From positions 96,001-160,000 of the forward strand of contig JBEIPA010000005.1 in NCBI GenBank assembly GCA_040377305.1: DNA of 64,000 nt. The letters run 5' to 3'. The notes beneath the pieces are model-generated. The model was not told the origin of the DNA. It saw only the letters and a list, made by a program, of their open reading frames with translations, and did not search any database. Below, in pieces: positions 48,479 to 60,344 of this stretch. Origin of the DNA: Flavobacteriales bacterium. Its GTDB lineage: Bacteria; Bacteroidota; Bacteroidia; Palsa-965. Both the position numbers and the translations under genes were made by a program. How positions within the stretch are numbered: the first letter of the stretch is position 1; the number at the start of each line of letters is the position of its first letter.

Positions 48479-50668
48479 TTGGAAAATTCTTCCCGCAATA
48501 AATTGCAGCGGAAAATTGCGCTGATCGGAAATCCCAACAGCGGGAAGTCTACACTGTTCAATGCCCTTACCGGACTCAATCAACGCACTGGAAATTTTCC
48601 GGGTGTAACGGTCGACAAGAAAACGGCAAACGTTACGAAGACTATTGATAAACGGGACTTCGAGTTTCGTTACATCGATCTTCCGGGAACATATTCATTG
48701 TATCCGAAATCACCCGACGAGGAAGTAGCGACACAGATTCTCACTGAGAAATCGAATAAAGAATTTCCGGACACCGTAGTGATTGTTGCCGATGCAACCA
48801 GTCTGAAACGTAGCCTGTTTCTCGCCGGACAAATCATCGACCTGAATATTCCATGTGTTCTCGTTCTGAACATGATGGACGAAGCCGAGAAATCAGGACT
48901 TCAAATCGACATCGGAAGATTGTCGAATCGATTAGGAATTCCGGTTCTTCCGGTCAGTGCGCGCAACAAAGAAGGAATTGAGCAACTGGAGATTCTTCTC
49001 TCTACGCATGGTGATTTACCGGCATATCGTTTCATCGACGCGAGCGCCATTGCGAAGAATGCAACCGATCTTGTTAAAACAGAATTCAAAGACCGTACGG
49101 AAGATTACGTTGCATTATATCGCGCAAATCGTTTGTACGCGACCAATGAAAAGTGGCAGGAGAAACTGGATGCTGTTGGATTTAGTCCCACGGCAGCCCA
49201 GGCAGAAGAAAGCCTCACGCGTTACGGAATCATTGCACAACATATTGAAGCGTGTACGAGAACCGGAACCGGACGCTCTGCATTTGCGAAGAAAATAGAT
49301 GCGATCATTACACACAAGGTGTGGGGTTATCTGATTTTTCTTTTCATCATGCTCATTGTGTTTCAAACGATATTCTATCTCGCCGAATATCCGATGACGT
49401 GGATTGAAAACGGATTCGCGTGGATACAGGAATGGTGTGCACGTGTGATGCCGGAAGGAATGCTCACTGATCTTTTCATCAATGGAATTCTTGCAGGCTT
49501 GAGCGGAGTTGTAGTTTTCGTTCCGCAGATTGCCTTGTTGTTTTTCTTCATCGCGATGCTGGAAGATTCCGGTTACATGGCGCGTGTGAGTTTCATCATG
49601 GACAAACTCATGCGAAAAATCGGTCTGCATGGGCGAAGTGTAATTCCACTCATCAGCGGAATGGCTTGCGCGGTTCCGGCGATCATGGGAACGCGAACGA
49701 TCAGCAACTGGAAAGAGCGAATCATTACGATCATGGTCACTCCGTTGATGAGCTGCAGCGCCCGACTTCCTGTTTATGCCTTGCTGATTTCACTGGTGAT
49801 TCCGGATAAAATCGTTGGCGGCATTTTTAATTTGCAGGGATTAGTGTTGATGGGAATGTATCTGCTTGGATTCCTGATGGCCATTTTGTCGGCGTGGATT
49901 TTGCATCTTCTCATCAAAGGAAAAGGACGGAGCTGGTTTGTGATGGAGCTTCCGATTTATCGTATACCGAAATGGTCGAACGTTTTCTATCTCATCTACG
50001 AGAAAGTAAAAGTGTTTTTGTTCGACGCCGGAAAAGTGATTCTTGCGGTTTCAATTGTGTTGTGGGTACTCGCTTCATTCGGGCCTGGTCAGGAATTTAA
50101 GGACGTAGAAGGCGGAATCACATATTGGCAGGATGAACTAGACAAGGTCAATGTGTTAGATGAAACTGTTCGTACCGGAGGACCATTGGATATTCAGTGG
50201 ACGATCGATTCCACGTACAGGATTTCGGTTGAGGATCAGATACGCGACTTACAATCAAAAAAACTCGAACTCTCCTACGCTGGTCGCCTCGGAAAATTCA
50301 TTGAGCCCGCTATCGAACCACTTGGTTACGACTGGAAAATCGGAATCTCGCTCATCACTTCTCTTGCGGCTCGTGAAGTTTTCGTTGGAACGATGGCAAC
50401 CATTTACGGTGCGGGTGACGATGAAAACATTGAGCCCGTACGCGATCGCATGCGCAATGAAAAAGATCCCGAAACAGGAAAACCGGTTTACACACTCGCA
50501 GTTGGATTGTCGCTGATGGTATTTTACGCGTTCGCGATGCAATGTATCAGCACCATCGCAGTTGTGAAACGTGAAACACAAAGCTGGAAATGGCCGATTA
50601 TTCAGTTCGTTTTCATGGGCGCTCTTGCCTGGATTTGCAGTTTTATCACCTACCAGATTCTTTCTTAA
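48479..50668 (+). CDS. feoB: Ferrous iron transport protein B
   Basis: GNPNSGKS, GNFPGVTV, DLPGTYSL, NMMD, EDSGYMAR, MSCSARLPVY, AAREVFV. Confidence 0.97.
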   Translation: MENSSRNKLQRKIALIGNPNSGKSTLFNALTGLNQRTGNFPGVTVDKKTANVTKTIDKRDFEFRYIDLPGTYSLYPKSPDEEVATQILTEKSNKEFPDTVVIVADATSLKRSLFLAGQIIDLNIPCVLVLNMMDEAEKSGLQIDIGRLSNRLGIPVLPVSARNKEGIEQLEILLSTHGDLPAYRFIDASAIAKNATDLVKTEFKDRTEDYVALYRANRLYATNEKWQEKLDAVGFSPTAAQAEESLTRYGIIAQHIEACTRTGTGRSAFAKKIDAIITHKVWGYLIFLFIMLIVFQTIFYLAEYPMTWIENGFAWIQEWCARVMPEGMLTDLFINGILAGLSGVVVFVPQIALLFFFIAMLEDSGYMARVSFIMDKLMRKIGLHGRSVIPLISGMACAVPAIMGTRTISNWKERIITIMVTPLMSCSARLPVYALLISLVIPDKIVGGIFNLQGLVLMGMYLLGFLMAILSAWILHLLIKGKGRSWFVMELPIYRIPKWSNVFYLIYEKVKVFLFDAGKVILAVSIVLWVLASFGPGQEFKDVEGGITYWQDELDKVNVLDETVRTGGPLDIQWTIDSTYRISVEDQIRDLQSKKLELSYAGRLGKFIEPAIEPLGYDWKIGISLITSLAAREVFVGTMATIYGAGDDENIEPVRDRMRNEKDPETGKPVYTLAVGLSLMVFYAFAMQCISTIAVVKRETQSWKWPIIQFVFMGALAWICSFITYQILS

Positions 50669-50804
50669 ACACATAGGAACATAAATCTTACCGTGCTAAA
50701 AAGGCGCGCTGAAGCGCGTACATAGGTCGCAAGAGATCGCCACGGCTATTCACCTTTTAACGCGAATGGCACTTCTATGTCCCTATGTGGTGTAAATTTG
50801 TACC

Positions 50805-51425
50805 GTGAATCAGGCGGAGCGCAACCAATCCATTCTGGCTAAATATATTCCTACTGCGGCGGTGCCGATGATTTCGGATTGGATATTTCATTTCAATTTC
50901 AAATTGAAAATCCGCAAGCCGCGTATGAGTGTGTATGGAGATTATCGTCCTCCAATGCCTGGATCGAATCACCTGATCACAATCAACCGCGACATGAATC
51001 AGTATGCATTCCTGCTTACACTCGTTCATGAAATTGCACACCTGCTCGCGCATGAGCGACATGGTCGTCGCATCAAACCACACGGCGAAGAATGGAAAAA
51101 CTGCTTCAAAGAATTAATGCGGCCTGTGATGCGGCTTGGTATTTTTCCGGACGATGTTCGTGGTGCGATCATTGGCTATATGCAGAATCCCGGAGCGAGT
51201 AGCTGTTCCGACGACAATCTTCTTCGCACGCTGAAGAAATACGACAAAGCAAATGGACTTGTGCTGCTTGAATCGTTACCGCTGAATTCTGTTTTTCAGT
51301 TCGGCGGTAAACAATTTGTAAAAGGGAAGAAAATCAGGACACGCTACCACTGTCATCTAAGCGGCACGAAGCATATTTACTTTTTCGCGGCTTTGGCTGA
51401 GGTGACCCATGTCAAAGCAGAATAA
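50805..51425 (+). CDS. SprT-like zinc metalloprotease domain protein
   Basis: GDYR, LTLVHEIAH (HExxH), KPHGEEWK. Confidence 0.85.
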   Translation: MNQAERNQSILAKYIPTAAVPMISDWIFHFNFKLKIRKPRMSVYGDYRPPMPGSNHLITINRDMNQYAFLLTLVHEIAHLLAHERHGRRIKPHGEEWKNCFKELMRPVMRLGIFPDDVRGAIIGYMQNPGASSCSDDNLLRTLKKYDKANGLVLLESLPLNSVFQFGGKQFVKGKKIRTRYHCHLSGTKHIYFFAALAEVTHVKAE

Positions 51426-51504
51426 CAAGTTCTTCAACCGCGGGATAAACCCACGCGACTGAAGAACTTGTTCTTGGCAAACGAATTCCTTTACTATTCG
51501 TTCC

Positions 51505-52203
51505 CTAATCCTCGTACGTCTGCACGTAATACTTCTTCGGCTTGTGACGGTAAACGCGCGTACCCTTTAATGCAAAACCCATTCGCGCGCCCACATACAT
51601 TGATCGGGATGCAATATCGCCCACAAGTACGGAAATCTGGATTGCTCCGTTGGCATGCGACACGGGTATGTACGATTTCAGAACGAGTGCATAACCACGT
51701 TGATTATACCTCGTGAACTCATGACGCCCTATCACATCCATCCACATTTCTGCTCCACCGACCAACGCATAATTGTTCTTGCGGAAGATCTCATATCCAA
51801 ATTGAAGACGCGTAGTAAGTGAAGTACTGTGCGAATGAAAAATCGCATAGTCAAAACCAACGACTTTCATGGGATTTTCTACATCGTAATGAACCCCTGT
51901 TATATCACTATTCCAACCTTTTGCATAGAGCGCTTCAAGGCCTAGCTCAAGCTCCCACCGTTTCGCAAATGGAAGCGCCAACATGAGACCGTACTTCGTA
52001 TTCCAATTCACACGCCAACTATCTGGATTCTGCCATGCGGAATAAATAGAAGGATGTTGCGCAAAGACGCCATTTACAAAACCATTATATCCGACGGTAA
52101 CGCCGAGATAGTACGGTCGGCGATAATATGCAGTGTCATTTCCTTTGGCCTCCGCTATCAATGAAATGAGAACAGTTACAACGATCAGAGTTAGCTTTTT
52201 CAT
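51505..52203 (-). CDS. Hypothetical exported beta-barrel-like protein
   Basis: Start moved to ATG 52203 (MKKLTLIVV...AEAKG signal peptide); amphipathic strands. Confidence 0.65.
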   Translation of the reverse strand: MKKLTLIVVTVLISLIAEAKGNDTAYYRRPYYLGVTVGYNGFVNGVFAQHPSIYSAWQNPDSWRVNWNTKYGLMLALPFAKRWELELGLEALYAKGWNSDITGVHYDVENPMKVVGFDYAIFHSHSTSLTTRLQFGYEIFRKNNYALVGGAEMWMDVIGRHEFTRYNQRGYALVLKSYIPVSHANGAIQISVLVGDIASRSMYVGARMGFALKGTRVYRHKPKKYYVQTYED

Positions 52204-52408
52204 CGGTCGGATTTCTACAGGTAAGTCGTGATTTTGTCTGAAAGGCTGCCTCCGTTGAATATTGTCCACACTTTCAGCCATTTTGTTCAAAATTATTGCG
52301 TTTTCCCAGAGAAAAAGTGCCTTTACCAGCCTCCTATCCAACTGCTTACTGCCTACTGATTTGTACCTTTGCACCGCTCTTTTTCCATTAAGAAAACACA
52401 CACACTTG

Positions 52409-53710
52409 ATGAGTAATACAACAGCAGTACCCGCGAGCGCCGAGCTCAAAGTAAGCAACATGGCAGAATCACTAATTGGTTCTGAAATCATCAAGCTTGC
52501 CGCAGAAGTCAATGAGAAAATCAAGAATGGTGAAAAGGTTTTTAACCTCACCATTGGCGACTTCAATCCAAAAGTATTTCCGATTCCTGCAGAGCTGAAA
52601 CGTGAAATCATCAAAGCGTATGAAGAGGATGAAACGAATTATCCTGCTGCTGATGGTGTAGCTGAATTGCGTAAAGCCGTGGCTAATTTAATCGAGCAAC
52701 GTCAAGGATTAAAATACGGAGCCGATGAAGTTCTCATTGCTGGCGGAGCTCGCCCGGTGATCTACGCGATCTACCGTACAGTTCTTGATCCGGGCGATAA
52801 AGTATTGTTCCCTGTGCCATCGTGGAATAACAACCACTACACGCACATGAACTCGGGCGACTACGCAAACCAGATTTTCGTAGAGACAACTGCAGAAAAT
52901 AATTTCATGCCTTCTGCTGCTGATCTCGCACCTTACCTGAAAGATGTTGCGTTGGTTTCATTGTGTTCACCGCTTAATCCAACCGGAACAACTTTCACCA
53001 AAGAAGCACTCGCTGATATTTGCGATATTATTCTGGCGGAGAACAAACGACGCGGTCCAGGACAGAAGCCGTTGTTCCTTTTGTACGACCAAATCTATTG
53101 GGCACTTACATTCGGTGAAGTGAAACATCATGATCCTGTAACGCTGCGTCCTGATATGCGTCAATACACCATATTCGTCGACGGTATTTCAAAGTCACTT
53201 GCAGCAACGGGCGTTCGCGTTGGTTGGGCAATGGGACCGAAACGCATCATCGACAAAATGAAATCTATTTTGTCGCATGTTGGTGCATGGGCTCCGAAAG
53301 CCGAACAGGTTGCAACAGCACGTTACCTGAATGATCTTGCGCAGTACGATAAGTTCCTCGCAAAGATCAAAGGTGAAGTGAATGCCCGACTCGTTGGTTT
53401 TCACAAAGGATTTCAGGCGCTGAAAGCAAAAGGCTATCGCGTCGATTCAATCGCACCACAAGCGGCAATTTATCTTACTATCAATCTCGCATTGCACGGA
53501 CAAAAAACCGCTGACGGAAATATACTCGCAACGACGAAAGACGTAACGAGCTATATCCTGAATGAAGCAAAAGTTGCTGTTGTTCCCTTCAATGCATTCG
53601 GCGCATCAAACGATTCCAGTTGGTATCGCCTCTCGGTGGGCACGTGCAAACTCGAAGATGTCGATGCAATTATACAGTCACTTGAAAACGCGCTCGCAAA
53701 GCTTTCCTGA
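52409..53710 (+). CDS. PLP-dependent class I/II (aspartate-type) aminotransferase
   Basis: NLTIGDF, SPLNPTG, YDQIY, DGISKSLAATGVRVGW; start ATG 52409. Confidence 0.92.
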   Translation: MSNTTAVPASAELKVSNMAESLIGSEIIKLAAEVNEKIKNGEKVFNLTIGDFNPKVFPIPAELKREIIKAYEEDETNYPAADGVAELRKAVANLIEQRQGLKYGADEVLIAGGARPVIYAIYRTVLDPGDKVLFPVPSWNNNHYTHMNSGDYANQIFVETTAENNFMPSAADLAPYLKDVALVSLCSPLNPTGTTFTKEALADICDIILAENKRRGPGQKPLFLLYDQIYWALTFGEVKHHDPVTLRPDMRQYTIFVDGISKSLAATGVRVGWAMGPKRIIDKMKSILSHVGAWAPKAEQVATARYLNDLAQYDKFLAKIKGEVNARLVGFHKGFQALKAKGYRVDSIAPQAAIYLTINLALHGQKTADGNILATTKDVTSYILNEAKVAVVPFNAFGASNDSSWYRLSVGTCKLEDVDAIIQSLENALAKLS

Positions 53711-53719
53711 TATTCTCCC

Positions 53720-54808
53720 ATGAAAAATCGTTACTGTGTTATTATGGCAGGTGGTGTCGGAACTCGTTTCTGGCCCATGAGCCGTACAGCGCACCCTAAG
53801 CAATTTATTGATGTACTCGGAACCGGCAGAACTTTGCTGCAGGCAACATACGATCGTGCATTGAAATTCTGCAGGCTGCAAAACATTTATGTGGTTACCA
53901 ACGAGAGTTACAAAACACTCGTAGGTGATCAGCTTCCTGATTTGCCGGAAGAAAATATTCTCTGCGAACCGGCTCGCAAGAATACGGCACCCTGTGTTGC
54001 TTTTGCTGCATGGAAGATTCACGCGAAAGATCCGAATGCGGTGATGGTTGTTGCTCCAAGCGATCACCTCATCACGAAGGAAGACACATTCACGAAAGCA
54101 ATTGTGTCGTGCATGAAGAAAGCTGCCGAAGATGATTCACTCATTACCATCGGATTGAAGCCGACTCGTCCTGACACCGGATACGGTTACATTCAGTTTG
54201 TAGATTCTGATGTGCAGGAAAAAGACAAACGTATCAAGAAAGTAAAAACGTTCACAGAGAAGCCCGACCTGGAAATGGCGGAATTCTTTTTACGTAGCGG
54301 CGACTTTCTTTGGAACGCAGGTATATTCATCTGGAGTTCGAAGAGTATCATCGATGCATTCAATAGGCACGCACCAGACACTGCGGCGATCTTCAATGAA
54401 GGAAACGGCAAGTGGAATACAATCTGGGAAGAAGAGTTCATCAAGGACGCATACGGTCGCTGCAAGAACATTTCCATTGACTACGCTGTGATGGAGAAAG
54501 CAACGAATGTTTATGTGCGTTCTTCAATCATTGGCTGGTCGGATCTTGGAACATGGGGTTCTTTGTATACGCACATTAAGAAAGACGACAATGGAAACGC
54601 CATCGTTGGCAAGCAAGTGATGACTTACCAATCGAAAGATTGTATTGTACACGTGCCGAAAGACAAATTGGTAGTGATTGAAGGACTTGAGGATTATATT
54701 ATTGTTGAATCCGATAACATCCTGCTTATTTGCAAGAAAGCAGATGAACAACAGATTCGCACTTTTGTGAATGACGTGAAAGTTGGTAAAGGAGATAAAT
54801 TCGTATGA
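53720..54808 (+). CDS. manC: Mannose-1-phosphate guanylyltransferase
   Basis: IMAGGVGTRFWPMSR..HPKQF, EPARKNTAP, PSDH, TGYGYI, FTEKP, WNAGIF, WSDLGTW. Confidence 0.94.
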   Translation: MKNRYCVIMAGGVGTRFWPMSRTAHPKQFIDVLGTGRTLLQATYDRALKFCRLQNIYVVTNESYKTLVGDQLPDLPEENILCEPARKNTAPCVAFAAWKIHAKDPNAVMVVAPSDHLITKEDTFTKAIVSCMKKAAEDDSLITIGLKPTRPDTGYGYIQFVDSDVQEKDKRIKKVKTFTEKPDLEMAEFFLRSGDFLWNAGIFIWSSKSIIDAFNRHAPDTAAIFNEGNGKWNTIWEEEFIKDAYGRCKNISIDYAVMEKATNVYVRSSIIGWSDLGTWGSLYTHIKKDDNGNAIVGKQVMTYQSKDCIVHVPKDKLVVIEGLEDYIIVESDNILLICKKADEQQIRTFVNDVKVGKGDKFV

Positions 54809-55287
54809 TGCGGAGAACACAGCGAATGCAGCGACGCGGAGAAATTATTGCACTCATTCTGGTGACAATTACATCTTTGCTGATTGTATCGTGCAGTGAG
54901 CGCGACAAACCAAAAGTTGATCCGATTGGTGTTTGGGAGAATACGACTCATTGGGATAATAATAAAATCACGATGACAGTACGCGCAGATTCAACCATGC
55001 TTTTCAAATGCGAGAAAAGCTTTTGTCCCGGCACAAAATTCTTTGTAGCTATCGGCGATTGGCACATTGAGAATGACAGCGTGTTGGTGATGGAACCTAT
55101 TACCGATGGACGTCACTATGAAATTCGCGACTTGTTCCCGGAGCTCACGCAGATTGGAAAAGACTCGAACAATGTACACTCACTTGATGTATCGGCACGA
55201 ATGATCTTTGCGGACAGTTGCCTCTATGACATCGATCAGGACGGCAAACGACTGACGGCTCATTGTTTTAAGAAGATTGCGAAGTAG
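54805..55287 (+). CDS. Hypothetical lipoprotein (lipocalin-like)
   Basis: Lipobox LIVSC; IGVW motif; overlaps the manC stop (ATGA). Confidence 0.7.
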   Translation: MMRRTQRMQRRGEIIALILVTITSLLIVSCSERDKPKVDPIGVWENTTHWDNNKITMTVRADSTMLFKCEKSFCPGTKFFVAIGDWHIENDSVLVMEPITDGRHYEIRDLFPELTQIGKDSNNVHSLDVSARMIFADSCLYDIDQDGKRLTAHCFKKIAK

Positions 55288-55408
55288 AAAATGGAACGCA
55301 GATCCTGAAGTCCTTTGTCTGCTGGTTTCTCATTCGGATGACTCGTGTACACCGAAAATTCCCGGGCCGGTTTTCATGAGATAGACTTGAAAATATCCCC
55401 GCAACGTT

Positions 55409-56029
55409 TTACTGAATCGTCTTCGGTCCTTTGCCCTTCACGTAGCCGCGGTATGCACCGGAAAGATATCCGTCGAGCCGCACACCAATCAATGTTCGCT
55501 TCTGATTCCAATCGACGAAAAATGTGGGTCCAATGCCAACCGCGTACTGCACTTTCATCGTGTATTGGAATTCAGCATACACTCCTACCCGATCCCAGCG
55601 ATTGCTTTCAAAATATCCCGGGGCTAGATAGGTGTAACCCTGCGTGTAAGAAATACCAGCCATTGCTGCCAGATTTTTTTTCTCGGTTTCCTTGCGCCAG
55701 GGAACGTATCCAATATGTCCTGTGTAATTGTTCCACACACCGAATTCATCTCCGGACATGATGCCGCCCACATTGAAGTACGCTTTCTTAATGTGAAACT
55801 GAAAGTTCAGTCCGAGTGCAAACTGTGTGCGCGGATTTTCAGAATGATATTCCGGACCCACGCCGAAGCAAACCCAGTTGTTGTAAACCCGGTAACGTTT
55901 GTCGCCAATCACGATTTCCCGCTTGAAGTTTTCCTTCACCACAAACTGGCTGGTATCCTGAGCGCGCAATGCCGGTACCGCAAGGAGCAACAGCAGCAAT
56001 GTGAGAATGGACAATGAACGCAGCTTCAT
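55409..56029 (-). CDS. Hypothetical outer-membrane beta-barrel-like protein
   Basis: Signal peptide (LRAQ); about 8 amphipathic strands. Confidence 0.7.
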   Translation of the reverse strand: MKLRSLSILTLLLLLLAVPALRAQDTSQFVVKENFKREIVIGDKRYRVYNNWVCFGVGPEYHSENPRTQFALGLNFQFHIKKAYFNVGGIMSGDEFGVWNNYTGHIGYVPWRKETEKKNLAAMAGISYTQGYTYLAPGYFESNRWDRVGVYAEFQYTMKVQYAVGIGPTFFVDWNQKRTLIGVRLDGYLSGAYRGYVKGKGPKTIQ

Positions 56030-56130
56030 TTGATAAAGATACAATCAGATCACGCGATTAGACTTTCACAAAGGCTCCACTTGTTGTAGGAGTCAAGCCA
56101 GTTGTGCAATTCGAAGATTCAATGTTTGAA

Positions 56131-57525
56131 CTAGAGCGATCCAACCATGTCTTCCGGCTTCACCCACTGGTCAAATTGTTCAGGAGTTACGTGACCGAGT
56201 TCCACTGCTGCTTCCTTCAATGTCTTGCCTTCTTTGTGCGCCTTCTTCGCGATCTCAGCAGCTTTGTAATAGCCGATATGCGTATTGAGTGAAGTAACCA
56301 GCATCAAAGAATTCTCCATGTGCTGCTTGATCATCGGAAGATTCGGTTCGATTCCTACTGCGCATTTGTCGTTGAAGGAAACACAAGCATCACCAATGAG
56401 TCGTGCGCTCTGCAATACGTTGTATGCAATTACCGGCTTGAATACATTCAGTTCGAAGTGACCATTTGATCCTCCGATAGAAACTGCGACATCGTTGCCC
56501 ATCACCTGTGCACAAACCATTGTCATGGCTTCAGGCTGCGTTGGATTTACTTTGCCCGGCATGATAGAAGATCCAGGTTCGTTATCCGGAATTACAATTT
56601 CTCCCAAACCAGAACGCGGACCTGAACTAAGCATGCGTATGTCGTTTGCAATTTTCATAAGCGACACCGCAGCACGTTTCAATGCACCGGAAAGTTCAAC
56701 CATTGCATCGTGAGCAGCAAGCGCTTCGAATTTATTGGGTGCTGTTACGAATGGAAGCTTTGTGAACTCTGCAATCTTCTTCGCAACAAGAACGTCATAT
56801 CCTTTCGGCGTATTCAATCCTGTTCCAACCGCAGTTCCACCGAGTGCAAGCTCTTTCACCATTTCAAGCGCGTTCTTCACAGCGCGAATGCTGTTTGTGA
56901 TTTGCTGCACGTATCCTGAAAACTCCTGACCCAATGTAAGCGGAGTTGCGTCCATGAAATGTGTACGACCTGTTTTCACGACGTTGTTCCAGCTCTTCGC
57001 TTTCTTGTCGAGCGTGTCGCGAAGCTTTTCCATTCCGGGAATTGTGTTCTCAACTACAAGCTTGTAGGCCGCTATGTGCATCGCGGTCGGATATGTATCA
57101 TTCGACGATTGCGATTTGTTCACATCGTCGTTCGGATTCAACGCTTTCTTCTCGTCAGTAAGTTGTCCGCCTGAAATTACGTGACCACGATAAGCAATAA
57201 CTTCATTCGCGTTCATATTGCTTTGCGTGCCCGAACCTGTTTGCCAGATTACTAGCGGAAACTGATCGTCCAATGAACCCGTGAGGATTTCATCGCAGAC
57301 TTTCGAAATCAGATCGCGTTTCGAAGCTTCAAGAACACCCAGGTCGTGATTGGCATGAGCAGCCGCTTTCTTCAGGTAAGCAAACGCATATATAATTTCC
57401 TTCGGCATACTTCCTTCCGGACCGATTTTGAAATTATTACGCGAGCGTTCTGTTTGTGCGCCCCAATACTTATCGGCAGGTACCTGTACCTCGCCCATGG
57501 TGTCTTTTTCGATGCGGAAACTCAT
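56131..57525 (-). CDS. fumC: Fumarate hydratase class II
   Basis: [41 protein letters not shown]. Confidence 0.98.
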   Translation of the reverse strand: MSFRIEKDTMGEVQVPADKYWGAQTERSRNNFKIGPEGSMPKEIIYAFAYLKKAAAHANHDLGVLEASKRDLISKVCDEILTGSLDDQFPLVIWQTGSGTQSNMNANEVIAYRGHVISGGQLTDEKKALNPNDDVNKSQSSNDTYPTAMHIAAYKLVVENTIPGMEKLRDTLDKKAKSWNNVVKTGRTHFMDATPLTLGQEFSGYVQQITNSIRAVKNALEMVKELALGGTAVGTGLNTPKGYDVLVAKKIAEFTKLPFVTAPNKFEALAAHDAMVELSGALKRAAVSLMKIANDIRMLSSGPRSGLGEIVIPDNEPGSSIMPGKVNPTQPEAMTMVCAQVMGNDVAVSIGGSNGHFELNVFKPVIAYNVLQSARLIGDACVSFNDKCAVGIEPNLPMIKQHMENSLMLVTSLNTHIGYYKAAEIAKKAHKEGKTLKEAAVELGHVTPEQFDQWVKPEDMVGSL

Positions 57526-57826
57526 AATTTTTATGATTTGAGAATGACAATTTTGCGATTTGAAATCCGAATGCAAAATTAACATTTAGCAGCACGCACA
57601 GCCACAAGCGATGTCTGAAGAATCGTCTTTTTTACGGGTTAAATGGCCGCTTCTTGCATCACCAACATGAACCGCAGGTTATCCCTATCTCTGTTGTTCG
57701 GGGAATCGATGTGTTTCGAAGAAATGAATTGAGTTGGGCCAACCGTTCACGAGTCGCGCGCATTAATATCAGTAAAACTTAGATGGTGTCAGGAACTGCG
57801 CACTGACAACTGTCAACTGCGCCCCG

Positions 57827-60238
57827 TTATTGTGCTCTCCCCTTCAGTTCATCCGCGCTGTTCTGGCGTTGCTGACGCTCGTATTCCGAACGACCGAGTT
57901 TCCATGATACGGCCAGACGTACCCGGCGGCTGTCCATTTTTCCCGTAGTAGACATATTTACGTTACCGTAATTGGCGGTACGGTCCGTATAATTTCCCTG
58001 CAACAAATCTGATATGTTGAGTGATACCGAACCGCGTCCGTCACCAAAGCGCTTGCGTACACCAATGTCTAATCCTGAAAACGGACTTTCTCTCCATATA
58101 CCGTTCATGTTCACGGAGCGACAGAAGAAGTTTGCTTCCATTCCCCAATCTTTTTTCAGACTGATGCGGTTCTGCAAAAAGATCATTCCGGTGTAATAGA
58201 TCACGCTGTAATCCTCTCCGTTCACAGGACCGAAATAATGATCTCGGAAGCCGAGAAGGGTTCCGGATAGCGTGTACCAGTTGGTGAAGGAATATTCGGC
58301 ACTGAACTCCAGCGTAAAAACATTGTAGGTAGCAAGATTCTCCAGTCGCGTATTCACAACACGTGTTGAATCATCAACCGAAACAATTCCGTTGAAGACA
58401 GACGTCATGTGCATATAGGAAAATGCGGTACGGTATGTTCCTTTGAAAATATGCGAGACTTCAACCTTGTGGTTCATCTGCGGCATCAGGTTCGGATTAC
58501 CCGAGAAAGTGGTGTACGGATCGTTGTAGATCACAAACGGATTCAACTCACCGTAATCCGGACGTTCGATTCGGCGGCTGTAAGAAATATTGATTGCGTG
58601 CAATGAATCGACTTTCCAGTTCAGGAACGCACTTGGAAAAAGACGCAGGTACTGACGATTGAAAAGCTCAGTGCCGTTTCCGTCTTCACCCTTCGACATT
58701 GTTTCTTCAGCACGCAAACCGAATTGTGCATCGAGTTTCTTATTGATCGAACGGGAATAATTGAGATAGGCTGCAGAAATCATTTCGGTATAAACAAAGT
58801 TCACAGGTTGATCCTGAAGCGAAACACTGCCTTGCCGCAGGTAATAACGTGCCGCGCTGGTTGTCTTCGCCTGGCTCCCACGTATGCCTCCTTCGAACAA
58901 ACCATTTTCATTCCTGAGCGGATGAACGTAATCTATTTGTCCCGTTGCATAACCAACCGAGAGATTCAGATTCGTTACCTGAAGCATCGGATCATGTATG
59001 GTTTGCGACGCGCCGTAGTGATAGGTCGTCATATTCTCCCGGTCCTGTTTCGTTGTGAAGCTGGCGTAATTGAAATCAGCGGTGAGGAGTTTTCCGGTAG
59101 TGTCGACATCAAACTTGTAGTTCAGAGCACCAGAATAATATTCGTTGCGACTTTGTTCCAATCCCGTTGTATAGAGGTTTGAATCAAGCACCATTTCAGA
59201 ATTGTAAGTGTTCATATCAAGCGTTCTTGTGACCTCATGCAGCCCGCCCGAACGTTCTGCAACAATTCCGATCGTGTGTCGCTTGCCAGGAGAATAATCT
59301 ATACCTGCTTGCTCCCAATTCCACATGCCTCCCATTTTCGGCCGGCCATTGGTAATGGAACTTGGGTGAGAAGCCGAATCAGGACTATATATCATTGTGC
59401 GTTCAAACTCTTCATAGAACTGCCACTGACCAACATCCGCGGCGCCGAAAAAATTCCACTTCTCCGTTTTGTAGTTCAGATTTGTGCCCACATTTCCGCC
59501 GCCATAAAATCCCTGATCATAACTGGCGTTCAGCTGCTGATTGTAACCAAGGTTTCTGTTCCTCTTGAGAACAATATTGATAATCGCATTTCCGGAAGCC
59601 TCGTACTTTGCAGAAGGATTTGTGATCACTTCAATTTTCTCAATCTGGCTTGCATCAATACCGCGCAGGTAGTTCGCCATATCAGATCCGCCCATATACG
59701 AACGTCGTCCATCCATCATAAACATTACACCCTGCTTCCCGCGCACTGAAATGTTGTCGTTGTTATCTACAGTAACTCCCGGTAATTTACGCAGGACATC
59801 TAGCGCGCTGTTTCCAGTGGCCAGCACACTATTTTCAATATTGAAAACCGTTCTATCCAGCTTCTGCTCCATAAACGGTTTCTGCGCAGTGATTGTGACC
59901 TCATTCATCGTGGATGTGTTCTCAATCAAAACAATTTCTCCTGCGATGTGCGAATGATGTGCGTCGTCCAGCGTAAACACTTCAGTATACGTTTTCTCGT
60001 AACCTGAAAACAACACGAGCAGTCGGAATCTACCGTTCTCTTTCATCTCCACCATAAAGGTGCCGTCTGCAGCACACGTAGTTCCGGTAACAACAGTACT
60101 GTCGGCCTCGCGTACCATCATCACATTGCAGAATGGCAAAGGTTGTTTCAGCGAATCAACAACTGTTCCTGTTACCTGGGCGGTAACATCTCCTATGGAG
60201 AGAACGAATACAAATAATAGAAGGTACAGGTGTTTCAT
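57827..60238 (-). CDS. TonB-dependent-like outer-membrane barrel protein
   Basis: N-terminal carboxypeptidase-regulatory-like domain; plug LRKLPGV...IEKIEVITNPSAKY; barrel YSRRIERP, GNPNL.P. Confidence 0.88.
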   Translation of the reverse strand: MKHLYLLLFVFVLSIGDVTAQVTGTVVDSLKQPLPFCNVMMVREADSTVVTGTTCAADGTFMVEMKENGRFRLLVLFSGYEKTYTEVFTLDDAHHSHIAGEIVLIENTSTMNEVTITAQKPFMEQKLDRTVFNIENSVLATGNSALDVLRKLPGVTVDNNDNISVRGKQGVMFMMDGRRSYMGGSDMANYLRGIDASQIEKIEVITNPSAKYEASGNAIINIVLKRNRNLGYNQQLNASYDQGFYGGGNVGTNLNYKTEKWNFFGAADVGQWQFYEEFERTMIYSPDSASHPSSITNGRPKMGGMWNWEQAGIDYSPGKRHTIGIVAERSGGLHEVTRTLDMNTYNSEMVLDSNLYTTGLEQSRNEYYSGALNYKFDVDTTGKLLTADFNYASFTTKQDRENMTTYHYGASQTIHDPMLQVTNLNLSVGYATGQIDYVHPLRNENGLFEGGIRGSQAKTTSAARYYLRQGSVSLQDQPVNFVYTEMISAAYLNYSRSINKKLDAQFGLRAEETMSKGEDGNGTELFNRQYLRLFPSAFLNWKVDSLHAINISYSRRIERPDYGELNPFVIYNDPYTTFSGNPNLMPQMNHKVEVSHIFKGTYRTAFSYMHMTSVFNGIVSVDDSTRVVNTRLENLATYNVFTLEFSAEYSFTNWYTLSGTLLGFRDHYFGPVNGEDYSVIYYTGMIFLQNRISLKKDWGMEANFFCRSVNMNGIWRESPFSGLDIGVRKRFGDGRGSVSLNISDLLQGNYTDRTANYGNVNMSTTGKMDSRRVRLAVSWKLGRSEYERQQRQNSADELKGRAQ

Positions 60239-60344
60239 CCGGGCAAAGAAACAGCATAATGCGATGCCGCAAATTGTATTAACTCTTTTTTAGGGATTCA
60301 GCCTGCAACTGTTAACAGTTGTATTTCACTTAGAGGAAACAGAC

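Noticed and set aside
57659-57763. 34-aa minus-strand ORF ending CGSCW upstream of fumC
   Set aside because: No signal, paralog or promoter support; the length is expected by chance.
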